Positions 39,204 to 48,179 of a stretch of DNA of 57,392 bases are shown here, in pieces. The notes under the pieces are model-generated. The model made no database searches and was not told the DNA's origin. It saw only the letters and a list, made by a program, of their open reading frames with translations. Within the stretch, counting starts at the first letter, position 1; the number at the start of each line of letters is the position of its first letter. Source of the stretch: Xenococcaceae cyanobacterium (GTDB lineage Bacteria > Cyanobacteriota > Cyanobacteriia > Cyanobacteriales > Xenococcaceae); assembly GCA_051439345.1 (NCBI GenBank), contig JBFRWE010000469.1, forward strand, positions 1 to 57,392. The letters run 5' to 3'. A program made the position numbers and the translations under genes.

Positions 39204-40557
39204 CGATCGAACTTCCTGCTAACCACCCAGTTGTCCAAGCACTTTGAAAATTAAATCCCCCTGTCACACCATCAATATCTAAGATTTCTCCAGCAAAATA
39301 GACCCCAGGACATATTTTACTTTCCATAGTTTTAAAATCAATTTCTTTAAGACTTACTCCACCACAGGTTACAAATTCTTCTTTAAATATTCCTTTGCCT
39401 GTAATTTTATATTGTCCTTTTATTAATTCTTGAACTAATTTAGTTAATTCTTTTTTACTTAATTCTGTCCAGGTTTTTGGCTGAGAGATGCCAACAAAGT
39501 TAAGCAAACTCTGCCATAATCTTTTCGGTAATGGGAGAGGGCAGTAACTATATAATTGCTTGCGCTGATTTGCTGATTTTGTTTTTGCTAAAAATTCCTT
39601 TAAACTTTCTTGATTGTACTGTGGTAGCCAATTTACTTCTAAAGAAAGATGGTAATTATTATCATATAATGCTCTTGCTCCCCAAGCTGATAACTTGAGA
39701 ATAGCAGGGCCACTAAATCCCCAATGAGTAATTAATAAAGCCCCTGTTTGCGCTAATTTTTCCTGACCAGGACCCAACAAACGAATATGGGAATTCTCTA
39801 CACTAATTCCTGCCAAATTTTGTAAACGAATATCCTTAATATTAAAAGTAAATAGAGAAGGTACAGGCGGTTCAATGGTATGCCCTAGATTTTTCGCCCA
39901 ACGATAGCCTAAAGGATTACTTCCTGTCGCAATTAAAACTCGATCGCACTGCAAAATTTCTCCATTTTTTAACTCAATTTGAAAACCTCTCCCCCGACTC
40001 CTCAACCTCTCCCCCAGCCCCTCTGGGGAGCAAGACGAGGAGAGGGGAGCAAGTCTTTTAACTACAACTCCAGTACGCAATTTTACCCCTGCTTTCTCTG
40101 CTGCTGTCATTAAACAGTGGATAATCGTACCTGAATCGTCAGTAATAGGAAACATCCTTCCATCAGCTTCTGTTTTTAACTTGACTCCGCGAGAGTTAAA
40201 CCAAGCGATGGTGTCTTGGGGCTGAAAGCGAGTAAAAGCCCCTCGTAAAGCTTTACCCCCCCTAGGGTAATACTGGATTAATTGAGCAGGATCAAAACAA
40301 TGATGAGTAACATTACATCTACCACCACCAGAAATACGTACTTTGGCTAGTGGTTTACGGGCTGCTTCTAGGATAGTAACTTCAACAGAGGTATAGCCCT
40401 GAGAATTAGCCTTTTCCTTAATGGCGATCGCACCAAAAAAACCTGCTGCCCCACCACCAATAACAACCACTTTTAGACAACTATTACTCAAAGAATTTTC
40501 AGAGGATATCTGCTCTTTTAATAATAAGCTTTTGAGTAAAAGAGTTACAGCAGTCAA
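39193..40557 (-). CDS. HI0933/BaiN-like NAD(P)/FAD-dependent flavoprotein (start uncertain; TTG 40557 or TTG 40491)
   Basis: VVVIGGGAAGFFGAI, GGGRCNVT and C-terminal YFAGEILDIDGVTGGFNFQ are typical of the family. Confidence 0.85.
   Translation of the reverse strand: MTAVTLLLKSLLLKEQISSENSLSNSCLKVVVIGGGAAGFFGAIAIKEKANSQGYTSVEVTILEAARKPLAKVRISGGGRCNVTHHCFDPAQLIQYYPRGGKALRGAFTRFQPQDTIAWFNSRGVKLKTEADGRMFPITDDSGTIIHCLMTAAEKAGVKLRTGVVVKRLAPLSSSCSPEGLGERLRSRGRGFQIELKNGEILQCDRVLIATGSNPLGYRWAKNLGHTIEPPVPSLFTFNIKDIRLQNLAGISVENSHIRLLGPGQEKLAQTGALLITHWGFSGPAILKLSAWGARALYDNNYHLSLEVNWLPQYNQESLKEFLAKTKSANQRKQLYSYCPLPLPKRLWQSLLNFVGISQPKTWTELSKKELTKLVQELIKGQYKITGKGIFKEEFVTCGGVSLKEIDFKTMESKICPGVYFAGEILDIDGVTGGFNFQSAWTTGWLAGSSIANC
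39986..40053. repeat. G/C-rich CCTCTCCCC / GGGGAG inverted-repeat mini-element embedded in-frame in the flavoprotein CDS
   Basis: cctctcccccgactcctcaacctctcccccagcccctctggggagcaagacgaggagaggggagc. It encodes ...APLSSSCSPEGLGERLRSRGRG..., unlike the flanking conserved sequence. Confidence 0.65.
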
Positions 40558-40614
40558 AAGATTTCAGAACCTTAATTTTTTTAAACTCCTGAACTCCTGA
40601 ATTCTTCTTAAATA

Positions 40615-40785
40615 TTACTCTGCTTCAAAATCCTCTTTTTCTGCACCACAGACAGGACAAATCCAATCTTCGGGCAAATCTTCAAAAGCAGTACCAGGTT
40701 CAATCCCATTATCTGGATCTCCTGCTTCAGGATCGTATTCATAGCCACAGACATTACAAATATAAGTTTTGGTAGATGTAGCCAT
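40615..40785 (-). CDS. Rubredoxin (56 aa; below the ORF-track size cut-off)
   Basis: My own translation: [56 protein letters not shown]. Canonical CxxCG ... CPxCG. GAAGGAGAA lies 5 nt upstream of the ATG. Confidence 0.85.
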   Translation of the reverse strand: MATSTKTYICNVCGYEYDPEAGDPDNGIEPGTAFEDLPEDWICPVCGAEKEDFEAE

Positions 40786-40942
40786 AGTGTTCTCCTTCTC
40801 GATTTTTTGTCATCTTAGGGTATGGAATTCTGTTTGCTCCAAACTGTTGAGTTTTTTTACAGAGAAACGCTCCCCAGTTTTATTTATATTAAGTTTTGTG
40901 CGCTCGGCGAAGCTGGCACGCAAAGCGCGATCGCAATCAATT

Positions 40943-41110
40943 TTAAAATCTTCTAGTTTTTTGAATTCCCCAAGCCAACCCAGACACTATAGTATTTAGC
41001 AACAACAAGAGAATAAAGCCTCCAGGCAAAAACCCTAAGATGCCCAATCCTCTAAAAATATAAACTACTAAAAAGCTGAGTAAAGACAAAGCAAAGAATT
41101 TTAACAACAT
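40943..41110 (-). CDS. Possible 55-aa two-TM membrane peptide
   Basis: My own translation: MLLKFFALSLLSFLVVYIFRGLGILGFLPGGFILLLLLNTIVSGLAWGIQKTRRF. No SD is visible. Confidence 0.3.
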   Translation of the reverse strand: MLLKFFALSLLSFLVVYIFRGLGILGFLPGGFILLLLLNTIVSGLAWGIQKTRRF

Positions 41111-41173
41111 AGTATTTAAAATTACACTATCTCTTCATTATGCACTATCAGTAAATTGTCTATTTTGGCATTC

Positions 41174-44100
41174 TTACAATTTATGTTTTGTGTTCAGATA
41201 TTTATCAGTTTCTCGCAATCGCTTACTCAAGAAGCGACATATTTCTAAAATAATGTGGGGACGTTGAGTTATCAAACTGATAAAGCGTTTTTTTTCTAAC
41301 TTGAGTAGAGTGCAATCTCGAAGAGCGATCGCGCCATCCCAACGAGGTGCATTATCAAAGAGTGCTACTTCACCAAAATATTGTCCTTGAGATAGTTGTT
41401 TAATCTCTTGTTGTTCTCCATCGAGAGTTTTGATGATTTTGATAGTACCTTCGGCAATAATATAGAGATGATCGCCCCAACTACCCTCAGTGTAGATAGT
41501 TTCATTGCTTAATACTTGTTGTTGCTCTAGTGCTTTATCGATTAAGAATAGCTCGTCTAAAGAAAGGTTTTTAAACAGAGCCACATTTTTAAGTAACAGT
41601 AATCGGTTCATCGATGAATTAGTGGGGGAAAGAAGTTGACAAGAAGAAGGAAAAATTTCTCTGGCAACCAATTGAACCACAGGATCGCTATCTTTGAGTA
41701 AGGTAGATGGTATCACCGCCAAAGCTATCAACGCACCAGTTCTGATCCATCTATCTTTGGACTCTAAGGCTTCAAGGAGTATTTTATAGCCTTTGTTTCT
41801 CAACCATTGAGGGTTAACAGTACTGGCGTTCACTTCTTTAAGTTGAACTTTATTTCCTGGTGGTTCTTGTTTGACCGAGAGGGGTGGCGGGGTTTCCTGA
41901 GGGGCTGTGACTCGAATCGAATTCGAGTCCTTGAAAGCCCCGTCGCCATACCCCTCGACAGTTTCTTTAAGCGGTGCGTACGCGGAGCGACTACCGTCAG
42001 GTCTCCTGCGGAATTTATAATCCGCAAAGCGGTCAGACCCCGCGTCGGCGAAAGACGCGTCTTGAAAAAGTTGCTCATGGGGGGAACCCCCATGAGCGCA
42101 CTTTTCCGCAAGGGAACGCTGACCAAGACAGGAACGCGCACCAAAAGAAACCCGACGGGGCTTACAAGGGGCAGACGCAGGTTCTGCCCACGGCCCCTTC
42201 CCAACGGACTGTCTCGCAATCGAGGTGTTGACTATTTGTTCGAGTAGGGGAACCAAGGGCAAGATAAAACGGCGATGATTTAAAGAAACTAGTACTTCTA
42301 CCGCGTTAGCCAAGTCTCTTTGCTCTGTCGTGGCTAAAATCCGCGTGACAGCCTTAACTGTACGAGAATAGCCCAGACAAGAAAGGATATACAAAACTTT
42401 TTGAATTAAACGTTGATGGTAATCATTAATCGCGATCGCTAAAGGTTGCCAACTAGGATCGTTTGGGGGGATTTGTTGTTGCCACTTACGAGTGCGAGTC
42501 AGTTGCTCAAACTCAGGAGTCAGATATTTAAATAAAATATCATTAGCGTATCGGTTTTGTACTTTGGCAATAGCTTCGATCGCTGTATCTACTACTTCTT
42601 TTTGCGGAGATGATAAACTTGCTTGAGCTAAAGATAACCCTGGTTTGCCATAAGCTGCTAAGGCACTAGCTACTTGCTGACGCACTCTGGGATGAGGATC
42701 GCTCAGTCCAGTTTTGAGGTAAGGTAGCATTTCTGCACAACGGGTAATCCCTAATAGCTTAAAGGCAGCAGTTCTTACTAATGGTTCAGAATTACCAATT
42801 TCTTTAACAGCTACTTCGGCTAAATCATAATTATCGACAGAAGCCAAGACACTTAAAGCTTCTAGTCCTTCTCGTTTAATTTCTGCATTAGCTTGAGGCA
42901 AGATATTAATCACTAAAGGAACTAATTCTTGCTGATGGCAATGAGTAATAATTCTCAAAATAGCTTTAGCAGTACTCTTTTCTAAAGAGGATTGCCAGAT
43001 TTTTGCCCAAGCAGTTTCTTGATTAGTAGTTTTGATACTAATAGCAGCTACCGCAGCTAATAACCGAATAGTGCGATCGCCATCTTGAAGCAAAGAGTCA
43101 ATTTGTTCTGGACTAAAAGTATATTGGCTAGCAATTAAAATTTCTAAAGCAGTTGTCCGTAAAATTGTTTGATTGTCTGGAGTTAGCCAATTTTTGAATT
43201 CTTCAATTGCTTCTGCTTCAGGAGTCGTAGCCAACAATTTAACCACTCCATGATGTACCTTTGTATCTCCCCTGAATAGTAGGGTTTTTACTTCGGGTAA
43301 AAATTGACTAGAGTTGCCCAAATTAGCTGCTAATTCTAAACCTTTGATTTGAACATAGGGGTCTTCATTAGTGAGTAATTCCCGAATTGCATTACTAGAC
43401 TGAGGTGGTAGCTGAGTTTGATACTCACTAAAATCATCTAGATTGATAGTATTAGAGCGGATCATCTCTTCCAAACTCTGAGCATAAAATTTCCCCATGG
43501 GTAGACGCACTAATAACAGTAGCACCGTCAAACCCGCAGCTAGCCAGGTAATTTGCCCCAGACTGAGATAGAGAGTGCATAACCACAACAGCACACCAGC
43601 TAAAGTCAGTCCTACAGAGTAAATGACACCATCACTCAAAGCACGAACTCTGCCGATAAATTCTTGAGGAACTCCATTGTAGTTTAACTGGTGTACAGGC
43701 AAATTAATTGCTTTGTAGAGTGCATCCCCATTGATATGCAGTCCAATGGCAGCCAACAAATTAAAATTAAGCAATAATCCTGAAAAGCTGATTAAGGTTG
43801 TCAGAGGATACACTGGATTCATCTGCGCTACCCCTAGCCACTTCAGTAAGGGACGAGTAAGAGCGTAGAGAACAACTACTTGCACCAAGCTAATAAGAAT
43901 CCGCATTAAACCCAGAAACTCAGTTAAAGCTTCTTCACTAAAATGCTGACCATAAATATTGAACCAGAGAAACTCCGAACTGATGTAGATAATTACCAGT
44001 AAAAAACTACTACTAGCCAAAAACGATACTAAAGGATAGCGTTTGACTAAATCGGGAAAGGTTTGCAGTGATTCAATAATTCCCGTTTTAGTTTTAGCGT

Positions 44101-44698
44101 AAATACGATCTATCCGTCTTTGAGATTTTTCTAGATAAACCAGTTGAGCAAAGGCAACTGCAAATAGAACTGGCAGACAAAATAGTAAATCCCTTGTTCT
44201 CAGATAATGAGACAAAACTACTGTCAGACCACCACCCAACATAGTACCTACTGCTTGAGCAATACCAATAAAAGGTGCATATTGCTTGTACTCTAAAGTA
44301 GTGAAATAGTCTGTTAATAAACTAGGATAAAGAATATTGTTATGAAAATCCCACTGGAAGAAAATAGCAATTAGCAGAATGTAATAAACTGCAACTACAT
44401 CTAAACTTAGTAATAAACGCAGTCCCAAGATCGCGAAAATAGAGAGCAGCAATATGTAGCGAAATAATTTAGGGCGACTATAGCGATCGATAATTTGTGA
44501 AAAGATGACATAAGCAGGCATAGAACATAATCCAATCAGGATAAAGGCAAAGGGTAAGTTACCTGCCCCAACATGACTAACAAACAAAGAGTTAGCTACT
44601 GCCATCGCTACTACGCTATAGCTTAAAACCGTAACCGCTAAAAGCAAAAGTTGAGTTAAACGACCGACTGGGTTAATTGAGAGACCTAAACGTTCCAC
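41174..44698 (-). CDS. Fusion protein: N-terminal multi-pass transporter-like domain (MFS/TLC-like), HEAT/armadillo-type repeats, C-terminal cyclic-nucleotide-binding domain; carries an in-frame insert of about 121 aa
   Basis: About 12 hydrophobic helices in the first 420 aa. HEAT-like repeats (DPHPRVRQQVASALA etc.). C-terminal cNMP beta-roll YFGEVALFDNAPRWDGAIA. The ORF is continuous through the GC-rich element. Confidence 0.85.
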   Translation of the reverse strand: MERLGLSINPVGRLTQLLLLAVTVLSYSVVAMAVANSLFVSHVGAGNLPFAFILIGLCSMPAYVIFSQIIDRYSRPKLFRYILLLSIFAILGLRLLLSLDVVAVYYILLIAIFFQWDFHNNILYPSLLTDYFTTLEYKQYAPFIGIAQAVGTMLGGGLTVVLSHYLRTRDLLFCLPVLFAVAFAQLVYLEKSQRRIDRIYAKTKTGIIESLQTFPDLVKRYPLVSFLASSSFLLVIIYISSEFLWFNIYGQHFSEEALTEFLGLMRILISLVQVVVLYALTRPLLKWLGVAQMNPVYPLTTLISFSGLLLNFNLLAAIGLHINGDALYKAINLPVHQLNYNGVPQEFIGRVRALSDGVIYSVGLTLAGVLLWLCTLYLSLGQITWLAAGLTVLLLLVRLPMGKFYAQSLEEMIRSNTINLDDFSEYQTQLPPQSSNAIRELLTNEDPYVQIKGLELAANLGNSSQFLPEVKTLLFRGDTKVHHGVVKLLATTPEAEAIEEFKNWLTPDNQTILRTTALEILIASQYTFSPEQIDSLLQDGDRTIRLLAAVAAISIKTTNQETAWAKIWQSSLEKSTAKAILRIITHCHQQELVPLVINILPQANAEIKREGLEALSVLASVDNYDLAEVAVKEIGNSEPLVRTAAFKLLGITRCAEMLPYLKTGLSDPHPRVRQQVASALAAYGKPGLSLAQASLSSPQKEVVDTAIEAIAKVQNRYANDILFKYLTPEFEQLTRTRKWQQQIPPNDPSWQPLAIAINDYHQRLIQKVLYILSCLGYSRTVKAVTRILATTEQRDLANAVEVLVSLNHRRFILPLVPLLEQIVNTSIARQSVGKGPWAEPASAPCKPRRVSFGARSCLGQRSLAEKCAHGGSPHEQLFQDASFADAGSDRFADYKFRRRPDGSRSAYAPLKETVEGYGDGAFKDSNSIRVTAPQETPPPLSVKQEPPGNKVQLKEVNASTVNPQWLRNKGYKILLEALESKDRWIRTGALIALAVIPSTLLKDSDPVVQLVAREIFPSSCQLLSPTNSSMNRLLLLKNVALFKNLSLDELFLIDKALEQQQVLSNETIYTEGSWGDHLYIIAEGTIKIIKTLDGEQQEIKQLSQGQYFGEVALFDNAPRWDGAIALRDCTLLKLEKKRFISLITQRPHIILEICRFLSKRLRETDKYLNTKHKL
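41870..42232 (+). mobile_element. Composite GC-rich structured element (TnpB right-end/omega-RNA-like units, no tnpB) inside the 1174-aa ORF; boundaries approximate
   Basis: Abrupt GC-rich block. Exact 24-nt match cctgcggaatttataatccgcaaa (42005-42028 = 52930-52953). Hairpins at 41909-41929, 42041-42059, 42073-42097 and 42169-42189. An inverted truncated arm at 41870-41942 matches 52954-53000 in reverse complement. Confidence 0.7.
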
Positions 44699-44758
44699 AT
44701 TTAATTCACCGTGAGACTATTGAACATAATGTCATAAGGATTCCCCCAACTAAAGATA

Positions 44759-46195
44759 TTACGTTTGTATTTGAGTTTTTGTCTTGGTTACCTCTTTTAT
44801 CTCCACAACTTCTGTACTTGCTTCTAATTCTGAGACAGGACTAGATTGAACTAATAAAGTCAAACTTGCTCCAATAATCAAAAATACTCCGCCAAGAACA
44901 ACAGCTAAAAGTCGATTATCATCCAGAAGATAATTCATGACCCAGCCAAAACAGAGTGAAACAAAAATCTCTGGCAAGACAATAAAAAAGTTGAAAATGC
45001 CTTGATAGATACCTCTACGCTGGGGAGGAATTGCTCCAGTGAGCATGGCATAGGGCATGACTAAAGCACTTGCCCAAGCTACGCCTAAGCCTACCATAGC
45101 AACTAGTAATAAATATTGATTTTTAATGATTAGTAATGAGATTAAACTAATTCCTCCACAAACTAAGCAAATACTGTGAATCTTTTGACAACCAATTCTT
45201 TTCCCTAGATAGGGCAATAGAAAAGAAAAACCAATACAAACAGCATTGTAAACTGCAAAACATACTCCTGCCCATTCAATCCCATCACTATATAAAATTG
45301 AATCTTGACTAGTTGCACCAAAAATATTGCGAGCTACTGCGGGTGGAAAATAAAGGAAAAAGCAAAATATCCCTAGCCAAGTAAAAAACTGAACTTTAGC
45401 TAACTGACTCATAGTTGAGGGCATATCTTTAAGTGCATACCAGCTTTCTCGAATGCTGCTAGTAATTCCCCCTCTTTTTTCCTGTAAGAGTTCAAACTTG
45501 GCTAAATTCTGTGGTGGATATTCTGGAGTTGTAATCACTGTCCATAATACTGTGCCTAAAAATAGGGCAGCCCCAATATAGAACGAAAGTTCTACCGTCA
45601 AAGGAATTTTATGAAGAGAGTTACTAGTATTTTCGACAGCAAAAAGATGGTTTAGCAGCCAGGGTAAAGCAGAGGCAGAAACGGCACCAATACCCACCAT
45701 TACGCTTTGCATAGCAAACCCTTTGGTTCTTTGTTCTTGGGGCAATAAATCCCCCACAAATGCCCGAAAAGGAACCATACTCACATTAGCACTGGTATCC
45801 AAAACCCACAGTAATCCAGCAGCCATCCAGAGTGTAGAAGAGCGAGGCATAAATACAAGGGCAATAAAAGCAAAAATTGCGCCTACCAGAAAATAAGGTC
45901 TTCTTCTGCCTAAAGGAGTCCAAGTATAATCGCTGAGATTACCAATAATTGGTTGTACGATCAATCCAGTTAGAGGGGCAGCAATCCATAAAATTGGTAG
46001 TTGGTGGGCATCTGCACCTAAATGCTCAAAAATAGCACTCATATTGGCCATCTGTAATCCCCAGCCAAACTGAATACCCAGAAAGCCAAAATTCATATTC
46101 CAAAGTTGTCCAAAGTTGAATTTTGATTTAGTCAGGACTAAGTTTTGGTCATAGTTTGAATCTACCTGCTCATTTGATTTTTCCTGAGTATTCAT
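44759..46195 (-). CDS. MFS transporter, sucrose/H+ symporter-like (GPH/SLC45-type)
   Basis: 12 TM segments. LGRRRPYFLVGA resembles the RRRPF motif of the sucrose transporter family. Confidence 0.8.
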   Translation of the reverse strand: MNTQEKSNEQVDSNYDQNLVLTKSKFNFGQLWNMNFGFLGIQFGWGLQMANMSAIFEHLGADAHQLPILWIAAPLTGLIVQPIIGNLSDYTWTPLGRRRPYFLVGAIFAFIALVFMPRSSTLWMAAGLLWVLDTSANVSMVPFRAFVGDLLPQEQRTKGFAMQSVMVGIGAVSASALPWLLNHLFAVENTSNSLHKIPLTVELSFYIGAALFLGTVLWTVITTPEYPPQNLAKFELLQEKRGGITSSIRESWYALKDMPSTMSQLAKVQFFTWLGIFCFFLYFPPAVARNIFGATSQDSILYSDGIEWAGVCFAVYNAVCIGFSFLLPYLGKRIGCQKIHSICLVCGGISLISLLIIKNQYLLLVAMVGLGVAWASALVMPYAMLTGAIPPQRRGIYQGIFNFFIVLPEIFVSLCFGWVMNYLLDDNRLLAVVLGGVFLIIGASLTLLVQSSPVSELEASTEVVEIKEVTKTKTQIQT

Positions 46196-46395
46196 GCAGT
46201 TTTTATTTTTGGACGATTAATCAAATTATTTACCTTGACGTTTACATTCTAGTTTTTTTTGACTTTCAAAAGCTTAGAGCTTAGAGCCTAGCGCAATGGA
46301 TTTCAGAATTCTGATCAGCAACTCTCAGCGAAATTAGTTTATGCTGAGAGAAGATATCTTTACTAAACTTCACATTATCTCTTATTTCAATCTTT

Positions 46396-47268
46396 ATGGA
46401 TTGCATAATCAATCGTCGCGCCCAATTTTCCGCCAGTCATCGTTATTGGTTAGCGGAGTGGGATGAAGTCAAAAATCAACATTTCTTTGGGGCTTGTGCC
46501 AATTTCCCAGGGCATGGACATAACTATGTTCTTTATGTTTCTCTGGCTGGTGAAATAGATAAGTATGGGATGGTACAGAACTTATCCGATGTTAAAAGGG
46601 TCATCAAAGAAGAAGTGACCAGTCAGCTAAATTATGCTTATCTTAATGATGTCTGGTCAGAATTTAAACAAACTTTACCCACAACAGAAAATATCGCTAG
46701 AGTAATTTGGCACAGATTAGCACCCCATCTACCACTAGTAGCAATTAAACTTTTGGAAACCCCTGAACTTTGGGCAGATTATCAAGGAAATAATATGGAA
46801 GCATCTTTAACAGTTAAAACTCATTTTAGTGCTGCTCATCGCCTCGCACTTCCCCATCTAGATTTGGCCGAAAACACTACCATTTATGGTAAATGCGCTC
46901 GTCCTCATGGACATGGGCATAACTATCACCTAGAAGTTTCTGTAATCGGAGAAATTGATGCTCGCACAGGCATGATCGTAGATTTAGTCGCCTTACAAAA
47001 TGTAATTGATGAGTATGTCGTTGAACCCTTCGATCATACTTTTCTTAACAAAGATATACCTTATTTTGCTGAAGTTGTACCTACTGCCGAAAATATTGCT
47101 TTACACATCGCTCAACTACTAACCAAACCCATCCAAGAATTGGGAGTAGAACTAGATAAAGTTAAATTAATCGAAAGTCCTAACAACTCCTGTGAAATCT
47201 ATTGTCGTCAATCAAAACAAAATACAACTCTAGCAGCTAAAAGAGAACCAGCTATAGCTTCTCACTAG
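46396..47268 (+). CDS. Tandem-domain 6-pyruvoyl-tetrahydropterin / 6-carboxytetrahydropterin synthase family protein
   Basis: Two PTPS-like halves, each with a His triad context (SASHRY...GHGHNY and SAAHRL...PHGHGHNY). Confidence 0.85.
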   Translation: MDCIINRRAQFSASHRYWLAEWDEVKNQHFFGACANFPGHGHNYVLYVSLAGEIDKYGMVQNLSDVKRVIKEEVTSQLNYAYLNDVWSEFKQTLPTTENIARVIWHRLAPHLPLVAIKLLETPELWADYQGNNMEASLTVKTHFSAAHRLALPHLDLAENTTIYGKCARPHGHGHNYHLEVSVIGEIDARTGMIVDLVALQNVIDEYVVEPFDHTFLNKDIPYFAEVVPTAENIALHIAQLLTKPIQELGVELDKVKLIESPNNSCEIYCRQSKQNTTLAAKREPAIASH

Positions 47269-47552
47269 AAGAATATCTCTATTTGAGCGATCGCCTTGCC
47301 AGGCTTCTTTAAGTTTTGAGCCACACTATAAAATTCTGTTAATTTGTCATTCGATTAAGAAAAAAAGTAGAAATCGTTACCATTAAGAGCATGATGCTAC
47401 TTTTGAAGGACTAATAATATTTGCTTTATTAGTCTGATAAAACTAGAAAAAGTGTTTGATAATATGAGCAAAAGTTAGTCAGTACGTACGCTTATATCCA
47501 TACTGATTAACTGCTTATAAAATGTTCAATCTAACGAAAGGAGTGCTTACAC

Positions 47553-47975
47553 ATGGAATCTGAAGCGCAAAAAACAGAATTACAAGCTACTGGTTTAAAT
47601 ACTGAAGTTCCTGGTATGATGACCACTAGTAGTTCAGGATATACAGGACAAGGAACAGAGTTTTTTGACCAAGCAAAAGACTTTCTAGTACAGTTACCTG
47701 ATGATCTTGGTAAGTTCTTCTCTCAGTATCAAGAGCCGCTCAAAATCATAGCGTTAATCTTGGCTGGTGGAGTCACCGTTAAAATAGCATTTGCTATCCT
47801 TGATGCGATTAACGATATTCCTCTTCTAGCTCCTTTGTTTGAACTAGTGGGTATAGGCTACACAGGCTGGTTTGTGTATCGTTATATGTTGAAAGAATCT
47901 ACTCGTCAAGAGTTAGGAACTGAGTTAGATGCTTTAAAAACACAAGTTTTGGGTAAAGACTCTTTGAAAAACTAA
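47553..47975 (+). CDS. CAAD-domain protein (CURT1/CurT-like thylakoid membrane protein)
   Basis: Two TM helices with the DIPLLAPLFELVGIGYTGWFVYRY signature of the CAAD/CURT1 family. Confidence 0.75.
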   Translation: MESEAQKTELQATGLNTEVPGMMTTSSSGYTGQGTEFFDQAKDFLVQLPDDLGKFFSQYQEPLKIIALILAGGVTVKIAFAILDAINDIPLLAPLFELVGIGYTGWFVYRYMLKESTRQELGTELDALKTQVLGKDSLKN

Positions 47976-48147
47976 ATTAGAGTCTCTCCATCATTAAATT
48001 AAGGAGTTTTAAGCTGACTGCACTATTTTGGGTGGTTTTTGGGCATTTTAAAAAGTGTTAGGGAAAATTTCTCGTTATTTATATCTGCTTTAATCTCTAT
48101 TTTCTTAAATCTCAATCCCCCAAGATAAATTAAAAGATACTGATTTT

Positions 48148-48179
48148 GTCCCCATGAAATAATCATGGGGACTCTTTTA
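48148..48179 (+). terminator. Rho-independent terminator candidate
   Basis: gtccccatga aataa tcatggggac followed by tctttta. It lies about 170 nt after the CAAD gene stop. Confidence 0.6.

Noticed and set aside
40769-40999. 76-aa plus-strand ORF
   Set aside because: Its 5' end is antisense to the rubredoxin start. The remainder covers the spacer and the opposite strand of a possible small membrane ORF. No SD or motif.
41870-42232. Intein, group I/II intron or programmed-frameshift explanation for the insert in the 1174-aa ORF
   Set aside because: There are no intein splicing motifs (no Cys/Ser...HN-Cys junctions or endonuclease blocks). No group II domain V-like sequence or RT ORF is present, and no group I P7/P3 core is recognisable. 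A second copy is intergenic, which argues for a mobile repeat.
41807-42247. Three overlapping ORFs (146 aa +, 85 aa +, 129 aa -) inside the GC-rich block
   Set aside because: They are open only because the GC-rich sequence lacks stop codons. The translations are Arg/Gly/Pro-rich, low-complexity and without starts in good context. They are better explained as by-products of the repeat element.
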